DNA of 64,000 nucleotides from Eubacteriales Family XIII. Incertae Sedis bacterium (GTDB lineage Bacteria; Bacillota; Clostridia; Peptostreptococcales; Anaerovoracaceae): NCBI GenBank assembly GCA_031274195.1, contig JAISQM010000009.1, positions 13,588 to 77,587 of the forward strand, read 5' to 3'. Shown piece by piece: positions 35,062 to 44,541 of this stretch (position 1 is its first letter; each line of letters starts with the position of its first letter). The notes under the pieces were generated by a model. It saw only the letters and a program-made list of their open reading frames with translations, ran no database searches and was not told where the DNA came from. The position numbers and the translations under genes were made by a program.

Positions 35062-36768
35062 ATGGCTGAATATTTATCACCGGGAATCTATGTAGAAGAA
35101 TATGATTCTTCGCCGCGTTCCATCGAGGGCGTAGGCACAAGTACGGCGGGCTTTGTCGGCATTGCCGAAAAAGGGCCGACAATCGGCGAGCCGCAGCTCA
35201 TCACGAGCTTTGCGGAATATCAGAGACAGTATGGCGGCTACCTGAGCGTACATACGCATGGCGAGTATCGTTTCCTGCCCTACAGCGTCGAGCAATTCTT
35301 CGCGAATGGCGGTACCAGGTGTTATGTGAGCCGCGTCATTCCGCAGGACGCCAAGTCCGCAAAGGCCTCGCAGGGTATTCTATCCTTTGAGGCGGCCAAT
35401 GAAGGCAAATGGGGCAACCGGATAACGATTTCCATCACCGGTACCAGCAAGCGCAAGATGCAGCTCGTTGAGGCCGTGAGCGACAGGGCGTACAAGGCGA
35501 AAGCCATCGTCGGGTTTGGAAATGGCGACATCGTGACATTTGCGGGCGAAGCAAACCGCATCGAGTCCATTCTTGAAAACGTCATCACTTTCGAAAACGC
35601 GTTCAGCGCGGACCCCGTGGATGACGCGCTCGTGCCCAAATCCCTCGTATATTCCGCGGAATTGGATATCGCGGTGCAGAGCGACGGTTATGTCGAGAAC
35701 TTCAGAGGTGTTACGCTGAATGTCGATTCCGCCGACTATGTTTTGCGGCGGCTCGCGAATAGCGCGATCATCAAGGTCGAAGCGAAAGCCTCCGATGCGA
35801 TTGTTCCGCCGATTCAACTGATCTTTGACACGGAAACCGACAAGGGGACGATCACGTTCTCGAGCGGAAGCGACGGCACGATCGCCTCGGCGAATGCCGG
35901 AACGTTCATCGGCGTCGATAAGGGACCGGGTCAGCGCACGGGCATTGCAGCCTACAAGGAAAACAATGTCGTGAGCTTGCTTGCTGTTCCGGGCGTTACG
36001 ATTCCCGAAGTACTGGTCGCGCTCACGACACATTGCGAGAACGAGCAGAACCGGTTCGCGGTAATCGATGTTCCGATCGATACGGTGAATACGGGAGAGA
36101 TCGCGGAGTATCGCGAGATCATTGATTCCTCTTACGCGGCGGTCTATCATCCGTGGGTGCAGGTCTATGATCGGCTTGCGCAAGCGCCGGCGTACATCCC
36201 CCCGAGCGGTGCCGTACTCGGTGTCTATTCCCGTACGGATGTCGAACGCGGTGTGCATAAAGCGCCCGCCAATGAACCGGTTCGCTGCACCGGTCTGTCG
36301 ACAAACTACACGGCGAAGGAGCAGGACATCCTGAATCCCATCGGCGTCAACCTTCTGCGCGCACTGCCGGGACAGGGTATTCGCGTTTGGGGCGCCAGGA
36401 CGGCCAGCTCTGATTCGCGCTTCAAGTATGTCAATGTACGTCGTCTGTTCATCTATGTGGAGGAATCGATCAAAAATTCGACGAATTGGGTCGTTTTCGA
36501 GCCCAACAGCACTGACCTTTGGGGTCGCGTGCAGATGACGATCACATCGTTCCTTGAGGGGCTTTATGCCAGCGGCATGCTCGCCGGAGATTCATCCGCG
36601 CAGGCGTATTTTGTTGACATCGGTCCGTCTACGATGACGCGTGACGACATTGAGAACGGGCGTCTGATCTGCAACATCGGTATCGCGCCTGTCAAGCCCG
36701 CCGAGTTCGTGATCTTCCGCGTGACGCAGTTTACGGCGGAAGCGGGCGGAGCCGGAGCGGAGGAGTAA
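35062..36768 (+). CDS. Contractile tail sheath protein
   Basis: Canonical sheath N-terminus MAEYLSPGIYVEEYDSSPRSIEGVGTSTAGFVG and C-terminal GVNLLRALPGQGIRVWGARTAS...KYVNVRRL. Confidence 0.92.
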   Translation: MAEYLSPGIYVEEYDSSPRSIEGVGTSTAGFVGIAEKGPTIGEPQLITSFAEYQRQYGGYLSVHTHGEYRFLPYSVEQFFANGGTRCYVSRVIPQDAKSAKASQGILSFEAANEGKWGNRITISITGTSKRKMQLVEAVSDRAYKAKAIVGFGNGDIVTFAGEANRIESILENVITFENAFSADPVDDALVPKSLVYSAELDIAVQSDGYVENFRGVTLNVDSADYVLRRLANSAIIKVEAKASDAIVPPIQLIFDTETDKGTITFSSGSDGTIASANAGTFIGVDKGPGQRTGIAAYKENNVVSLLAVPGVTIPEVLVALTTHCENEQNRFAVIDVPIDTVNTGEIAEYREIIDSSYAAVYHPWVQVYDRLAQAPAYIPPSGAVLGVYSRTDVERGVHKAPANEPVRCTGLSTNYTAKEQDILNPIGVNLLRALPGQGIRVWGARTASSDSRFKYVNVRRLFIYVEESIKNSTNWVVFEPNSTDLWGRVQMTITSFLEGLYASGMLAGDSSAQAYFVDIGPSTMTRDDIENGRLICNIGIAPVKPAEFVIFRVTQFTAEAGGAGAEE

Positions 36769-36822
36769 TACCCCTTAAGTATAGTTTTGACGGAGTAATC
36801 CGTATTTGAAAGGAGAACAACC

Positions 36823-37377
36823 ATGGCATTTGGAGCTACAACACCGCAGAACCCTGCCGGAGGCGCTGGCGAATATCCATATACAAAAATGAATTTCGCT
36901 GTCTCGATTTCAGGGAGTCCGGGAGAGGCAGCGTTTAGTGAGATAACGGGACTTGAATCAACAGTTGACGTGATCGAATTCAGACAGGGCAATTCGGGCA
37001 GTCTTGCGCCCACGAAGATTCCCGGGCTTGTGAAGGTCGGAAATCTCAGCATGAAGTTCGGTATTACCGCTTCGACAAACTTTAGGAGGTGGATAGCCGA
37101 TTGTATCCATCATCAGCGGGTCGGCTCAATTCGTACGCAGATCATTATAGAGCTGATCGACATCCGGATGTCTTCACCCACCGTGCTGGCAGCGTCCGGC
37201 AACGCGGGTGAAAAGGCATGGGTTCTGGAAAACGCATGGGTCACGAAGTACTCCGGTACGGATCTGAACGCGTTGCAGAGCGAGGTCGCGATTGAAACGA
37301 TAGAGATCGCATACGAGTATATGACTTCGATCCCACTGCCAGCGGCAGTATCCGGCGGTGGTGGTGCGACGGCATAG
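36823..37377 (+). CDS. Tail tube protein (T4 gp19 / Afp1-like)
   Basis: NFAVSISGSPGEAAFSEITGLESTVDVIEFRQGN is typical of gp19-type tube proteins, and the gene follows the sheath. Confidence 0.85.
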   Translation: MAFGATTPQNPAGGAGEYPYTKMNFAVSISGSPGEAAFSEITGLESTVDVIEFRQGNSGSLAPTKIPGLVKVGNLSMKFGITASTNFRRWIADCIHHQRVGSIRTQIIIELIDIRMSSPTVLAASGNAGEKAWVLENAWVTKYSGTDLNALQSEVAIETIEIAYEYMTSIPLPAAVSGGGGATA

Positions 37378-37451
37378 AAGCTATGATATGGTTATTGCCC
37401 GCGGAAGCCGTGCAAAACATGCGCGGTTTCCACGGGCGTAGGAGATGAGAA

Positions 37452-37814
37452 ATGCAGACTGTATATGATTTTGAGTTGCCTAAGGGATATTTAGACGAGA
37501 AGGGCGAGATACACAAGCGCGGCAAGATGCGCCTCGCGACAGCCGGCGACGAGATCGGAGCGCTGCGCGATCCGCGGGTCTTATCAAATCCGTCATACCT
37601 CTCCATCGTGGTACTTTCCTCCGTGGTAACGGAGCTTGGAGAATTGCCGGCGGTCGTAGCGAGCGTGATCGAAAATCTTTACACGGCGGATCTCGCTTTT
37701 TTGCAGGATATGTATCAGCGCATCAATACGATTGATACGCCGACGATGCAGGCGACCTGTCCGGAATGCGGACATATATTTGATGTACCCATAAATTTTA
37801 CACGAGAGGGATAA
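37452..37814 (+). CDS. Conserved CIS small protein with a C-terminal zinc-ribbon-like CPECGH motif (possible assembly chaperone)
   Basis: 120 aa, sited between the two tube genes. ...ATCPECGHIFDVPINF lies at the C-terminus, and the slippery heptamer A_AAT_TTT sits 13 nt before the stop. Confidence 0.5.
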   Translation: MQTVYDFELPKGYLDEKGEIHKRGKMRLATAGDEIGALRDPRVLSNPSYLSIVVLSSVVTELGELPAVVASVIENLYTADLAFLQDMYQRINTIDTPTMQATCPECGHIFDVPINFTREG

Positions 37815-37846
37815 CGCTCTATCCCGAGCGAGAGCTGTATCGAGAA

Positions 37847-38017
37847 ATGTCTTTCATCTCATACTACTTTCACTGGGGGAGTGACGAGGTATTGGCCCTT
37901 GACCATACTGCCCGCAGGCGTTGGTGTGAGGAAATCTCATCGATCAACGCGGATCTCAGTCCCTCCGATGCAAAGGGCAAGAAAGAAAAGAGCATCACCG
38001 AAATGAAGCTGCCGTAG
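37847..38017 (+). CDS. Small 56-aa protein (DUF6760-like by recollection), absent from the ORF track
   Basis: My own translation gives MSFISYYFHWGSDEVLALDHTARRRWCEEISSINADLSPSDAKGKKEKSITEMKLP. The frame stays open upstream to 37784 and is the -1 frame of the preceding gene. Confidence 0.5.
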   Translation: MSFISYYFHWGSDEVLALDHTARRRWCEEISSINADLSPSDAKGKKEKSITEMKLP

Positions 38018-38049
38018 TAGATGTTCGGAGTTAAAAAAGGATGGAATAA

Positions 38050-38556
38050 ATGGCTTTTGGCACTACATCGAGAAATGTCACCACAGATAATGTCCTCGCG
38101 CTGAACAAGGGATTGGCGCCCTTAGTCGGTTACAACTTTATGCTTCGTGTGGAAGGCCTGTATGACCTGCCATGCAAGAGCGTCAAGGCTTTTGTGCGCG
38201 AAAATGAATACGAGCTGATTCAGGAAGGCGGTCTGAACGACTATGTCCATATGCGGCGCAAGCCGATCAGCAAGCCTTTCACATTGGATGTGGAGCGCTA
38301 TGTCGGCATAGATTATTTCGATCCGTTGCCGAATGGGTCAGAACCCGTCCTGCCGATTCTGCTTGCGGTATCGAGAAGCGCGGACAACTGGAGCAATCCG
38401 GACGGTTGGGTGCGCACATACACATTTACCGGTTGCACTGTCATGAAGAAGATGTATGGGGATCTCAACGCGGAACAATCGGGACTTCTTGTGGAAACGA
38501 CCACGATCGCGTACAGAGAAATGGTCTGTCTCGATCTGCCGCTTGGTTCGGCCTGA
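38050..38556 (+). CDS. Second tail tube protein (gp19 / Afp5-like)
   Basis: LVGYNFMLRVEGLYDLPCKSVKAFVRENEYELIQEGGLNDYVH matches the gp19 family pattern. Confidence 0.8.
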   Translation: MAFGTTSRNVTTDNVLALNKGLAPLVGYNFMLRVEGLYDLPCKSVKAFVRENEYELIQEGGLNDYVHMRRKPISKPFTLDVERYVGIDYFDPLPNGSEPVLPILLAVSRSADNWSNPDGWVRTYTFTGCTVMKKMYGDLNAEQSGLLVETTTIAYREMVCLDLPLGSA

Positions 38557-38583
38557 TGGGTTGACGCGAATGGGAAGGAAGCG

Positions 38584-41010
38584 ATGTTAACAATCGGTTC
38601 GCCGATAAAAATGAATACGGGAAGACCGTTTACGACGATTCCGGCGCCGAGCGCGTCGTGGGAAAATGCGTTCTGCGAGAGTATCGCGGGCAGCTACGAT
38701 CTGATGGCGATGGATTTTACGCCGAAGGATATGTTGCTGCTCATGTTTGCGTCTCCGGAGATTCCCGAGTTTGGAGGGAGCTTCACGAATATTACGGAGG
38801 TCGAGCACTCCGTCAATTCGAGATACGCCCTGCTGAATATCGTCAATAACGTAATCAACCGCATTCTGCTGACGGAGGGTTACGACTTTTCATATAGGGA
38901 CGAGGTCTATCTTTCAACCGTTCTGAGGCGGTTGGGCATCACGGACGCGCGATCCTTCGTGCAGGAGGCCATCGCCGCCGTGAACGAGAGCAAAACGACC
39001 GAGCGTTTGACGGAGCGATACGAACGGGACGGCGCGATCCTGCGTGAATCTGCGGTGGGAGAATCCGCCGAGTTTCCCGAAGCGCCGAAGACGAAAAGCG
39101 CGGAGCTCGCCGCCGCCGGCGCGGAAGCGTCCGAAGCGGCGGAGCCGTTGTTTAGCGAGATCATGCACAGGCTCGGCGTCGAGCGGATCGTGTCGCGTAT
39201 GCAGTCGTACGGCTCATATTCGGTGGGCGAGCGCGTGTCGAGCGTGTTGGAGCTCAATTCCTCCGAATGGGTCGGCATGATGAACGCGGTCAACCTGTTC
39301 GATCATCGAAGAGATATCTCCGTTTCGGCGTTTTCTCCCGTGCATCGGCACTACAATGCCTACGAAACGGGACTCGCGCTGAAGCCCGACGCCGAAGACG
39401 ATGAGGTCGTCGGTTCGGTCGTGGCGGCAGCTTGGATCAACATGGCGCAGAATGCGTTCTTATCGAGAATTGCCGGTGCCGCGCATACGGACGTCAATAT
39501 CAGCGTGGATGTTTCGAAGGTACTCCCGGATGCGGCCGCGCGTACGCTTGAACGCTTTCGCGAGTGGCATACGGAACGCGGCGAAAAAGTGTACGCGGAG
39601 AGCATGTTTGAACGCAGTCTGCAATCCCTCGACCGTCTGGAGGAACGGGTTCTCGCGCAGCTTGGCGGGGAGAGCGGCGATTTCACGGCGCCCGCGCGGA
39701 TCATGCTGGAGGAAGGCGAGACGGAGGAGGCGCGCGCGGATATGGACGGCGTCGAGCCGGAAACTCCGGATATGGCGCACTATCTTGACGTATTCCGAAG
39801 CATCCGGCAAGAACGGTCGAGCGTGGAGCACCTGATCGAATTGGCGAAATCCGCGAAGGGTTCTGATACCATTCGGCAGATACTGGAGCGGGCGCGCACG
39901 ACTGAGACATCGGAATCGACATTTACGGAAACCGCGTCCATCCAATATCTGATGAACGAATTGCGCGAGGTGGAAGAACGCGGCGAAGACGCGCCGGTAG
40001 GGCGGCCAATCACGCGAAACATGAACGAACTCATATCCGAGCTGATCGAGCGCAGCTCCGGAGATGTGATATCCCTTCATCCCACAGAGTTTGAACAGGC
40101 CGAGACGATCGCGCAGACCTACGATCTTTCGGAGGAAGCCGCCGCCGCGGAGGATGAGAGGACTTCGCGGGAAAATCTCAAGGCGGAGCTGGACGAATAC
40201 GATCGGCGGAACAAGGAAATCGCGCGGGAGCTCTCGAAACGCACCGAGTCGATAAAGCGCGACGAAAAGAAGACTCCGTCGGTCGCGGATGTCGAAAGAC
40301 GCGGTGCGCGCGAAGCGCTCGAAGGTCTTTCCGACTCCGGCAAGTTGCTGAAGGATCTGCGGGAGGCCGCCGAGGAGGTGCGGGACGGGGGAACGGTATC
40401 TCCGGAGCTTACATTGCTCCTTTCGTCTGTCGCGCCCGAATACAAGGAGATATACGAACGTCTGCTGTTCGATCTGCCGGGCGCGGTGAAGGACGAGGAC
40501 AGCGGCATCCGCGCGGTGAACATCTCCGATCTGAACGCGGACATTTCCTCGGTGCGCGAACACAGCGAGACCGAGTTGCGGCATTTGGAACGGGAAATCC
40601 ACGACGATACGGAGGTGCTGCGCGAGCGTGTGGAACGCACGATAGAGCGCGTGACTCCATCCTCGCGCGCCGGGCGGACAAGGGGAGACCCTCATCCGTA
40701 TGAGCCGGTGCGGATGCACCACAGACAGCAGGATGACGGTGCTTTGCCGGACGGCGTGACGGCGGGCAGAGAGACGGCCGACACCGCGCGGACAAGCCGC
40801 GAGGTTACAGTCAAAAATATCGCCGTACAGGAAAACGTGATCGAAACTGAGGTCAACAGGGCCGTCAGAGAGCTGGAGGCAAAGAGCGCGAGGGACATCG
40901 AGGGCGTGATCAGCAAAGCGCTTTCCGAGCAGATGCAGATGATCGAAAGCCGCGTATACAGCGGCGTCGAGCGCAAGCTCGACTTGGAGCGTGCGCGCAG
41001 GGGTAAATGA
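38584..41010 (+). CDS. Tape-measure-like / tail-length protein candidate (Afp14-position)
   Basis: 808 aa, strongly charged (E/R-rich) and helical-looking. It lies between the tube genes and the baseplate hub. No enzymatic motif recognised. Confidence 0.45.
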   Translation: MLTIGSPIKMNTGRPFTTIPAPSASWENAFCESIAGSYDLMAMDFTPKDMLLLMFASPEIPEFGGSFTNITEVEHSVNSRYALLNIVNNVINRILLTEGYDFSYRDEVYLSTVLRRLGITDARSFVQEAIAAVNESKTTERLTERYERDGAILRESAVGESAEFPEAPKTKSAELAAAGAEASEAAEPLFSEIMHRLGVERIVSRMQSYGSYSVGERVSSVLELNSSEWVGMMNAVNLFDHRRDISVSAFSPVHRHYNAYETGLALKPDAEDDEVVGSVVAAAWINMAQNAFLSRIAGAAHTDVNISVDVSKVLPDAAARTLERFREWHTERGEKVYAESMFERSLQSLDRLEERVLAQLGGESGDFTAPARIMLEEGETEEARADMDGVEPETPDMAHYLDVFRSIRQERSSVEHLIELAKSAKGSDTIRQILERARTTETSESTFTETASIQYLMNELREVEERGEDAPVGRPITRNMNELISELIERSSGDVISLHPTEFEQAETIAQTYDLSEEAAAAEDERTSRENLKAELDEYDRRNKEIARELSKRTESIKRDEKKTPSVADVERRGAREALEGLSDSGKLLKDLREAAEEVRDGGTVSPELTLLLSSVAPEYKEIYERLLFDLPGAVKDEDSGIRAVNISDLNADISSVREHSETELRHLEREIHDDTEVLRERVERTIERVTPSSRAGRTRGDPHPYEPVRMHHRQQDDGALPDGVTAGRETADTARTSREVTVKNIAVQENVIETEVNRAVRELEAKSARDIEGVISKALSEQMQMIESRVYSGVERKLDLERARRGK

Positions 41011-41047
41011 CATTTTATATCAGGATGAGAGATAGAAAAGGGACACG

Positions 41048-41758
41048 ATGAGTCTGAAAGAATTTGCGGAAAATAAGCTTGGGCTGGTAGACAGCGCGAT
41101 CATCACGGCGATAGACCGCCGTGATGATACCGATCAAAAAAAACACAGCTATAAAGTGCAGTTCAATCCCAGCGAACTCACGATAGATGCGTCGCTTCCC
41201 GTGAAGCTTAGTGCCACTGCTCAGGCACAGGCGGCTGAGCACCCTGAACTTAATATGAGTATACCGATAGACGTAGGCACTCCGAGAATCGTTTTCACGA
41301 CGAGGCTTGTATTCGACGAGGTGAATACGGCGGACGCGTTTGCGTCGGGAAAGGTTGCTGCTGCTGCCTCGGTATCGGGAGCCGCGAGAGGGATCGGCGT
41401 CGCCGCAAAGAAAGCCGGTCTGACAGGCGGTGCCGACTCGGATTGGTCCGTGCAGCCCATTGTAGAGGGATTTATCGGTGCGCTCAGAAATGTCAATACG
41501 CGTTCTATCAACTTTGCGTGGGGAGAATTCTCGCTTACGGGCATACTGGAGCATGTAAACGCGGAGTATGTGATGTTTTCTCCGTCGGGAAATCCGATAC
41601 GCGCTTTTGTCACATTGCGGCTTGTAGACGATTGGGCTGTCGATACGCCTGCATGGATTAGCGGCATGCAGGCTAGCCTCAATACAAATCCGGATACGTT
41701 AGCGAAACTCAACGCAAAAAAGAGTGCGGTCAGCAATGTGCTGAACGTCAGTTGGTAA
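41048..41758 (+). CDS. CIS tube-initiator-like protein (Afp7 / gp48-54 position), paralogue 1
   Basis: The YKVQFNPSELTIDAS motif and ...VNAEYVMFSPSGNPIRAFVTLRL are typical of the contractile-injection tube and baseplate tube-initiator family. Confidence 0.6.
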   Translation: MSLKEFAENKLGLVDSAIITAIDRRDDTDQKKHSYKVQFNPSELTIDASLPVKLSATAQAQAAEHPELNMSIPIDVGTPRIVFTTRLVFDEVNTADAFASGKVAAAASVSGAARGIGVAAKKAGLTGGADSDWSVQPIVEGFIGALRNVNTRSINFAWGEFSLTGILEHVNAEYVMFSPSGNPIRAFVTLRLVDDWAVDTPAWISGMQASLNTNPDTLAKLNAKKSAVSNVLNVSW

Positions 41759-41773
41759 GGAAGGAGATTCGCG

Positions 41774-42436
41774 ATGGGAATATCATTGCTTGGCGGCTTA
41801 GAAAAAGCGAAGTTGCAGTTAAGGGCGACACCGTATATTCACATTAACGGGATGGAGATGGAAAGCCCCATAGCCGGTGAATTTGACGTGCAATTCAACC
41901 CGAGCACCCTCCGGCTCGAGACAAACGCAAAAAACTACCAGATCAAGGGGATGATGGCCAATCTTCACGATCTTCCCAATCAGGTCGATCGTAGCGCTTC
42001 GGTCGTTCTCGGCGTGGATTTGATTTTTGACGCTGTTCAAAACGCGGACGCTTTTCATGGGGATGCACTCAGGGTGTCCTCGCAGGATGTTATTTCTCAG
42101 GGGGCTTCCGCCGCTAAATCCCATACCGTGTTGCCGCAGACAAATGGGATGATCGCCATCCTGGCTATGCGGATGTATGTTGTTTTCAATTGGGGTCGCC
42201 AGTCATTCTCGGGGATGATTACGGAGTTGCAGGCGAAATACCTGATGTTTTCACCGTCGGGACACCCGATCCGAAGCAAGGTTTCGATTCGCATTCAGCA
42301 ATTGATAGAGGGGAACAAGGACATGGCATACTGGGACGATGCCTACGACAATCTCTTTACGGACGATGTGGTGCGCGCGTCCCACGAAAAGAGCTCGTTG
42401 CAACAGCAGTCATTTATAAATCTTAGCGGGTATTGA
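41774..42436 (+). CDS. CIS tube-initiator-like protein, paralogue 2
   Basis: FDVQFNPSTLRLETN and LQAKYLMFSPSGHPIRSKVSIRI parallel the motifs of the preceding gene. Confidence 0.6.
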   Translation: MGISLLGGLEKAKLQLRATPYIHINGMEMESPIAGEFDVQFNPSTLRLETNAKNYQIKGMMANLHDLPNQVDRSASVVLGVDLIFDAVQNADAFHGDALRVSSQDVISQGASAAKSHTVLPQTNGMIAILAMRMYVVFNWGRQSFSGMITELQAKYLMFSPSGHPIRSKVSIRIQQLIEGNKDMAYWDDAYDNLFTDDVVRASHEKSSLQQQSFINLSGY

Positions 42437-42485
42437 TGAGGATGTTTATGAACGTATTGAACAGATATAGGGAGCGTGCGCGGTA

Positions 42486-43703
42486 ATGGTGGGACTTACG
42501 GACATTCCGGGACTGTCCGCCGTAAGCGGAGCGGGCTCTTATGAGGTTACATATGATGCCATGTACAAGAAGTATGGCGGCTTTGATTTCCCCAGCGTCG
42601 CAATCGAATTGAACGGCGTCGAGTTTTCAAAGAATAAAAACCACATGCTTGTCAATGACATTCGCGTTGAGCTGACTTCGGGATTTGAAGCGTCGATCGC
42701 CTCGTTCCGCATATACAACGCCTATGTGATCGGAGAAGAGGGCAGTGATGAATCGAAATATCTGTTTGAAAATCTGAAAAAGCAGACCATACTCGGTGCG
42801 TCCGCGAATATCAGCCTCGGATATGGCAGTGAGGTGAAAAGCGTGTTTAAGGGCTTCATCGCGTCGGTCGATTTCTGTTTTGTCGAGGATGAACCGCCGT
42901 ATATCGAGGTCACGGCGATGGATGTCAAGGGTATCATGATGGCGTCGTCCTACGCGACGCAGGTTGCGGCGAAGTCCTACGGCGAAGCCGTCCGCGAGCT
43001 GCTTAAGCGCGTATATGACAAGACGAGCACGGCAAATATCACCGAGAAGGTCACGGTGACGGACACGCCCGACAAGAAGCCCGCGTCCGCCGGAGATAAG
43101 GCGAGCGCGGAGACGATAGAGATGGTCTCGGAGAGCGATTACGAGTTCGTCGTGAAGGCGGCCAAGAAATTCAATTACGAGTTCTTCGTCGATCGCGGCA
43201 ATCTGCTCTTTCGCAAGGCGCGCAGCGAAGTACGTCCGCTCACCTCGCTCAGTGCGAACGGCGGCATCATCTTCTACCGACTCGGATACAGCTTGACGGG
43301 TATGGTGGAGCGCATCGAGGTGCGAGCCATCGATCCGGGTACGGGGAAGGTGCTCATCGCGAAGGACAAATACAATGAAAAGCTGTCGACGGCGAGCAAG
43401 GCGAAGGCGCTCATCAAGGGAAGCAGCAAGGTCTACATCGATCCGACGATGTTCTCGCAGGCGCAGGCCGACGCGCGGCTCGAATCTCTCATGGCGCAGA
43501 TGTCTTACAGGCTCGGAAGTCTCGAGTGCGAATGCGTCGGAATGCCGGATCTGATCCCGGGACGATTTATGGATATCTCCGTCGGTTCGCCGGGAGACAA
43601 TCTTTTCTATATCACAAATGTCGTGCACGAGCTCAACAGGAACGGCACGTACAGGACGAAGCTTACGGGTTCGGTCGACAAGGTTCGGGCGGGGAAGGTA
43701 TAA
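42486..43703 (+). CDS. Baseplate hub protein (phage late control gene D-like)
   Basis: 405 aa immediately upstream of a gpV-type spike. The call rests on size, position and pattern (LVNDIRVELTSGFEASIASFRIYN...GRFMDISVGSPGDNLFYITNVVHEL). Confidence 0.6.
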   Translation: MVGLTDIPGLSAVSGAGSYEVTYDAMYKKYGGFDFPSVAIELNGVEFSKNKNHMLVNDIRVELTSGFEASIASFRIYNAYVIGEEGSDESKYLFENLKKQTILGASANISLGYGSEVKSVFKGFIASVDFCFVEDEPPYIEVTAMDVKGIMMASSYATQVAAKSYGEAVRELLKRVYDKTSTANITEKVTVTDTPDKKPASAGDKASAETIEMVSESDYEFVVKAAKKFNYEFFVDRGNLLFRKARSEVRPLTSLSANGGIIFYRLGYSLTGMVERIEVRAIDPGTGKVLIAKDKYNEKLSTASKAKALIKGSSKVYIDPTMFSQAQADARLESLMAQMSYRLGSLECECVGMPDLIPGRFMDISVGSPGDNLFYITNVVHELNRNGTYRTKLTGSVDKVRAGKV

Positions 43704-43709
43704 AGACGC

Positions 43710-44522
43710 ATGGCACTGTATGATATCATAGACGAAATAGCAAGCCGGCAGGTCACGAAGACGGAGACGGGTGATACGCGCGCCTACGGCGTGATGGTCG
43801 GTGTCGTCGCGAAGAATTACGACAAGGATATGCCGGGGCGCGTCTGCGTGACCATTCCGACGCGCGACAAGGAGGCGAACGAGCTGCAGTGGGTGCGTCT
43901 CGTGCAGCCGTCGGGCGGCCCGAAGTGGGGGCATTACTTCCTTCCGGAGATTGGCGATCAGGTGTTGCTTGCTTTCGAGAATGGCAATATCGAAAAGCCG
44001 TACCTCATCGGCTGTGTTTCCAAGGATCGGGATCAGTTTCTCAGCCGATCCGTCGATCCGGACAACACGGTCAAACGCATCGTTACACGGAACGGGAGCG
44101 CGCTCACATTCGAGGATAATAAAGAAGGCGAGGGCGACAAAGATTGCATCACGCTTTCGACAGCAAAGTCCACGCATACGCTGAAATTGGACAATGAAAA
44201 CGGACTCATCTCGCTGACCGACAAGAAAGGCGAAAATTCCATCAACCTTAAGACGGTCGACGGAACGATGAATATCAAGGCGAAAAGTCGTATTACCGTG
44301 GAGGTAGGGGACAAGATCAAGCTCATCATGAACGGGGAGACGGGTGCGGTGCGGTTGGAATGCGACGCGCTGAACCTCCAAGCCTCACAAAAGGTGAGCG
44401 TAAAGACGGATGGAATGATGAAGGTCGACGCTTCGCAGATCAGCGAGAAAGCCTCGTCTATGTATAAGACAGAGAGCGGCGGAATCGTGAGTATTTCGGG
44501 CAGTCCGATCAAAATGGGATAA
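43710..44522 (+). CDS. Baseplate spike protein (gpV / gp5 OB-fold, VgrG-like)
   Basis: YGVMVGVVAKNYDKDMPGRVCVTIP...WVRLVQPSGGPKWGHYFLPEIGDQVLLAFENGNIEKPYLIGCV is the classic Phage_base_V pattern, with beta-helix-like repeats at the C-terminus. Confidence 0.85.
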   Translation: MALYDIIDEIASRQVTKTETGDTRAYGVMVGVVAKNYDKDMPGRVCVTIPTRDKEANELQWVRLVQPSGGPKWGHYFLPEIGDQVLLAFENGNIEKPYLIGCVSKDRDQFLSRSVDPDNTVKRIVTRNGSALTFEDNKEGEGDKDCITLSTAKSTHTLKLDNENGLISLTDKKGENSINLKTVDGTMNIKAKSRITVEVGDKIKLIMNGETGAVRLECDALNLQASQKVSVKTDGMMKVDASQISEKASSMYKTESGGIVSISGSPIKMG

Positions 44523-44541
44523 CGAGGGACAGGAAGGGCAT

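Noticed and set aside
37378-37451. Imperfect hairpin (GGAAGCCGTG...CGCGGTTTCC) after the first tube gene as an attenuator
   Set aside because: The stem contains mismatches and has no following T-tract, so it is too weak to call.
39460-41013. 517-aa minus-strand ORF, with similar long antisense ORFs at 42627-44381, 44928-46604, 46683-47510, 52622-53800, 32070-33167, 25659-26729, 23028-24050 and 35380-36258
   Set aside because: All lie opposite plus-strand genes with clear family motifs or strong operon context. All are R/H/G/L-rich with no RBS-start logic, so I treat them as shadow ORFs of GC-rich coding DNA.
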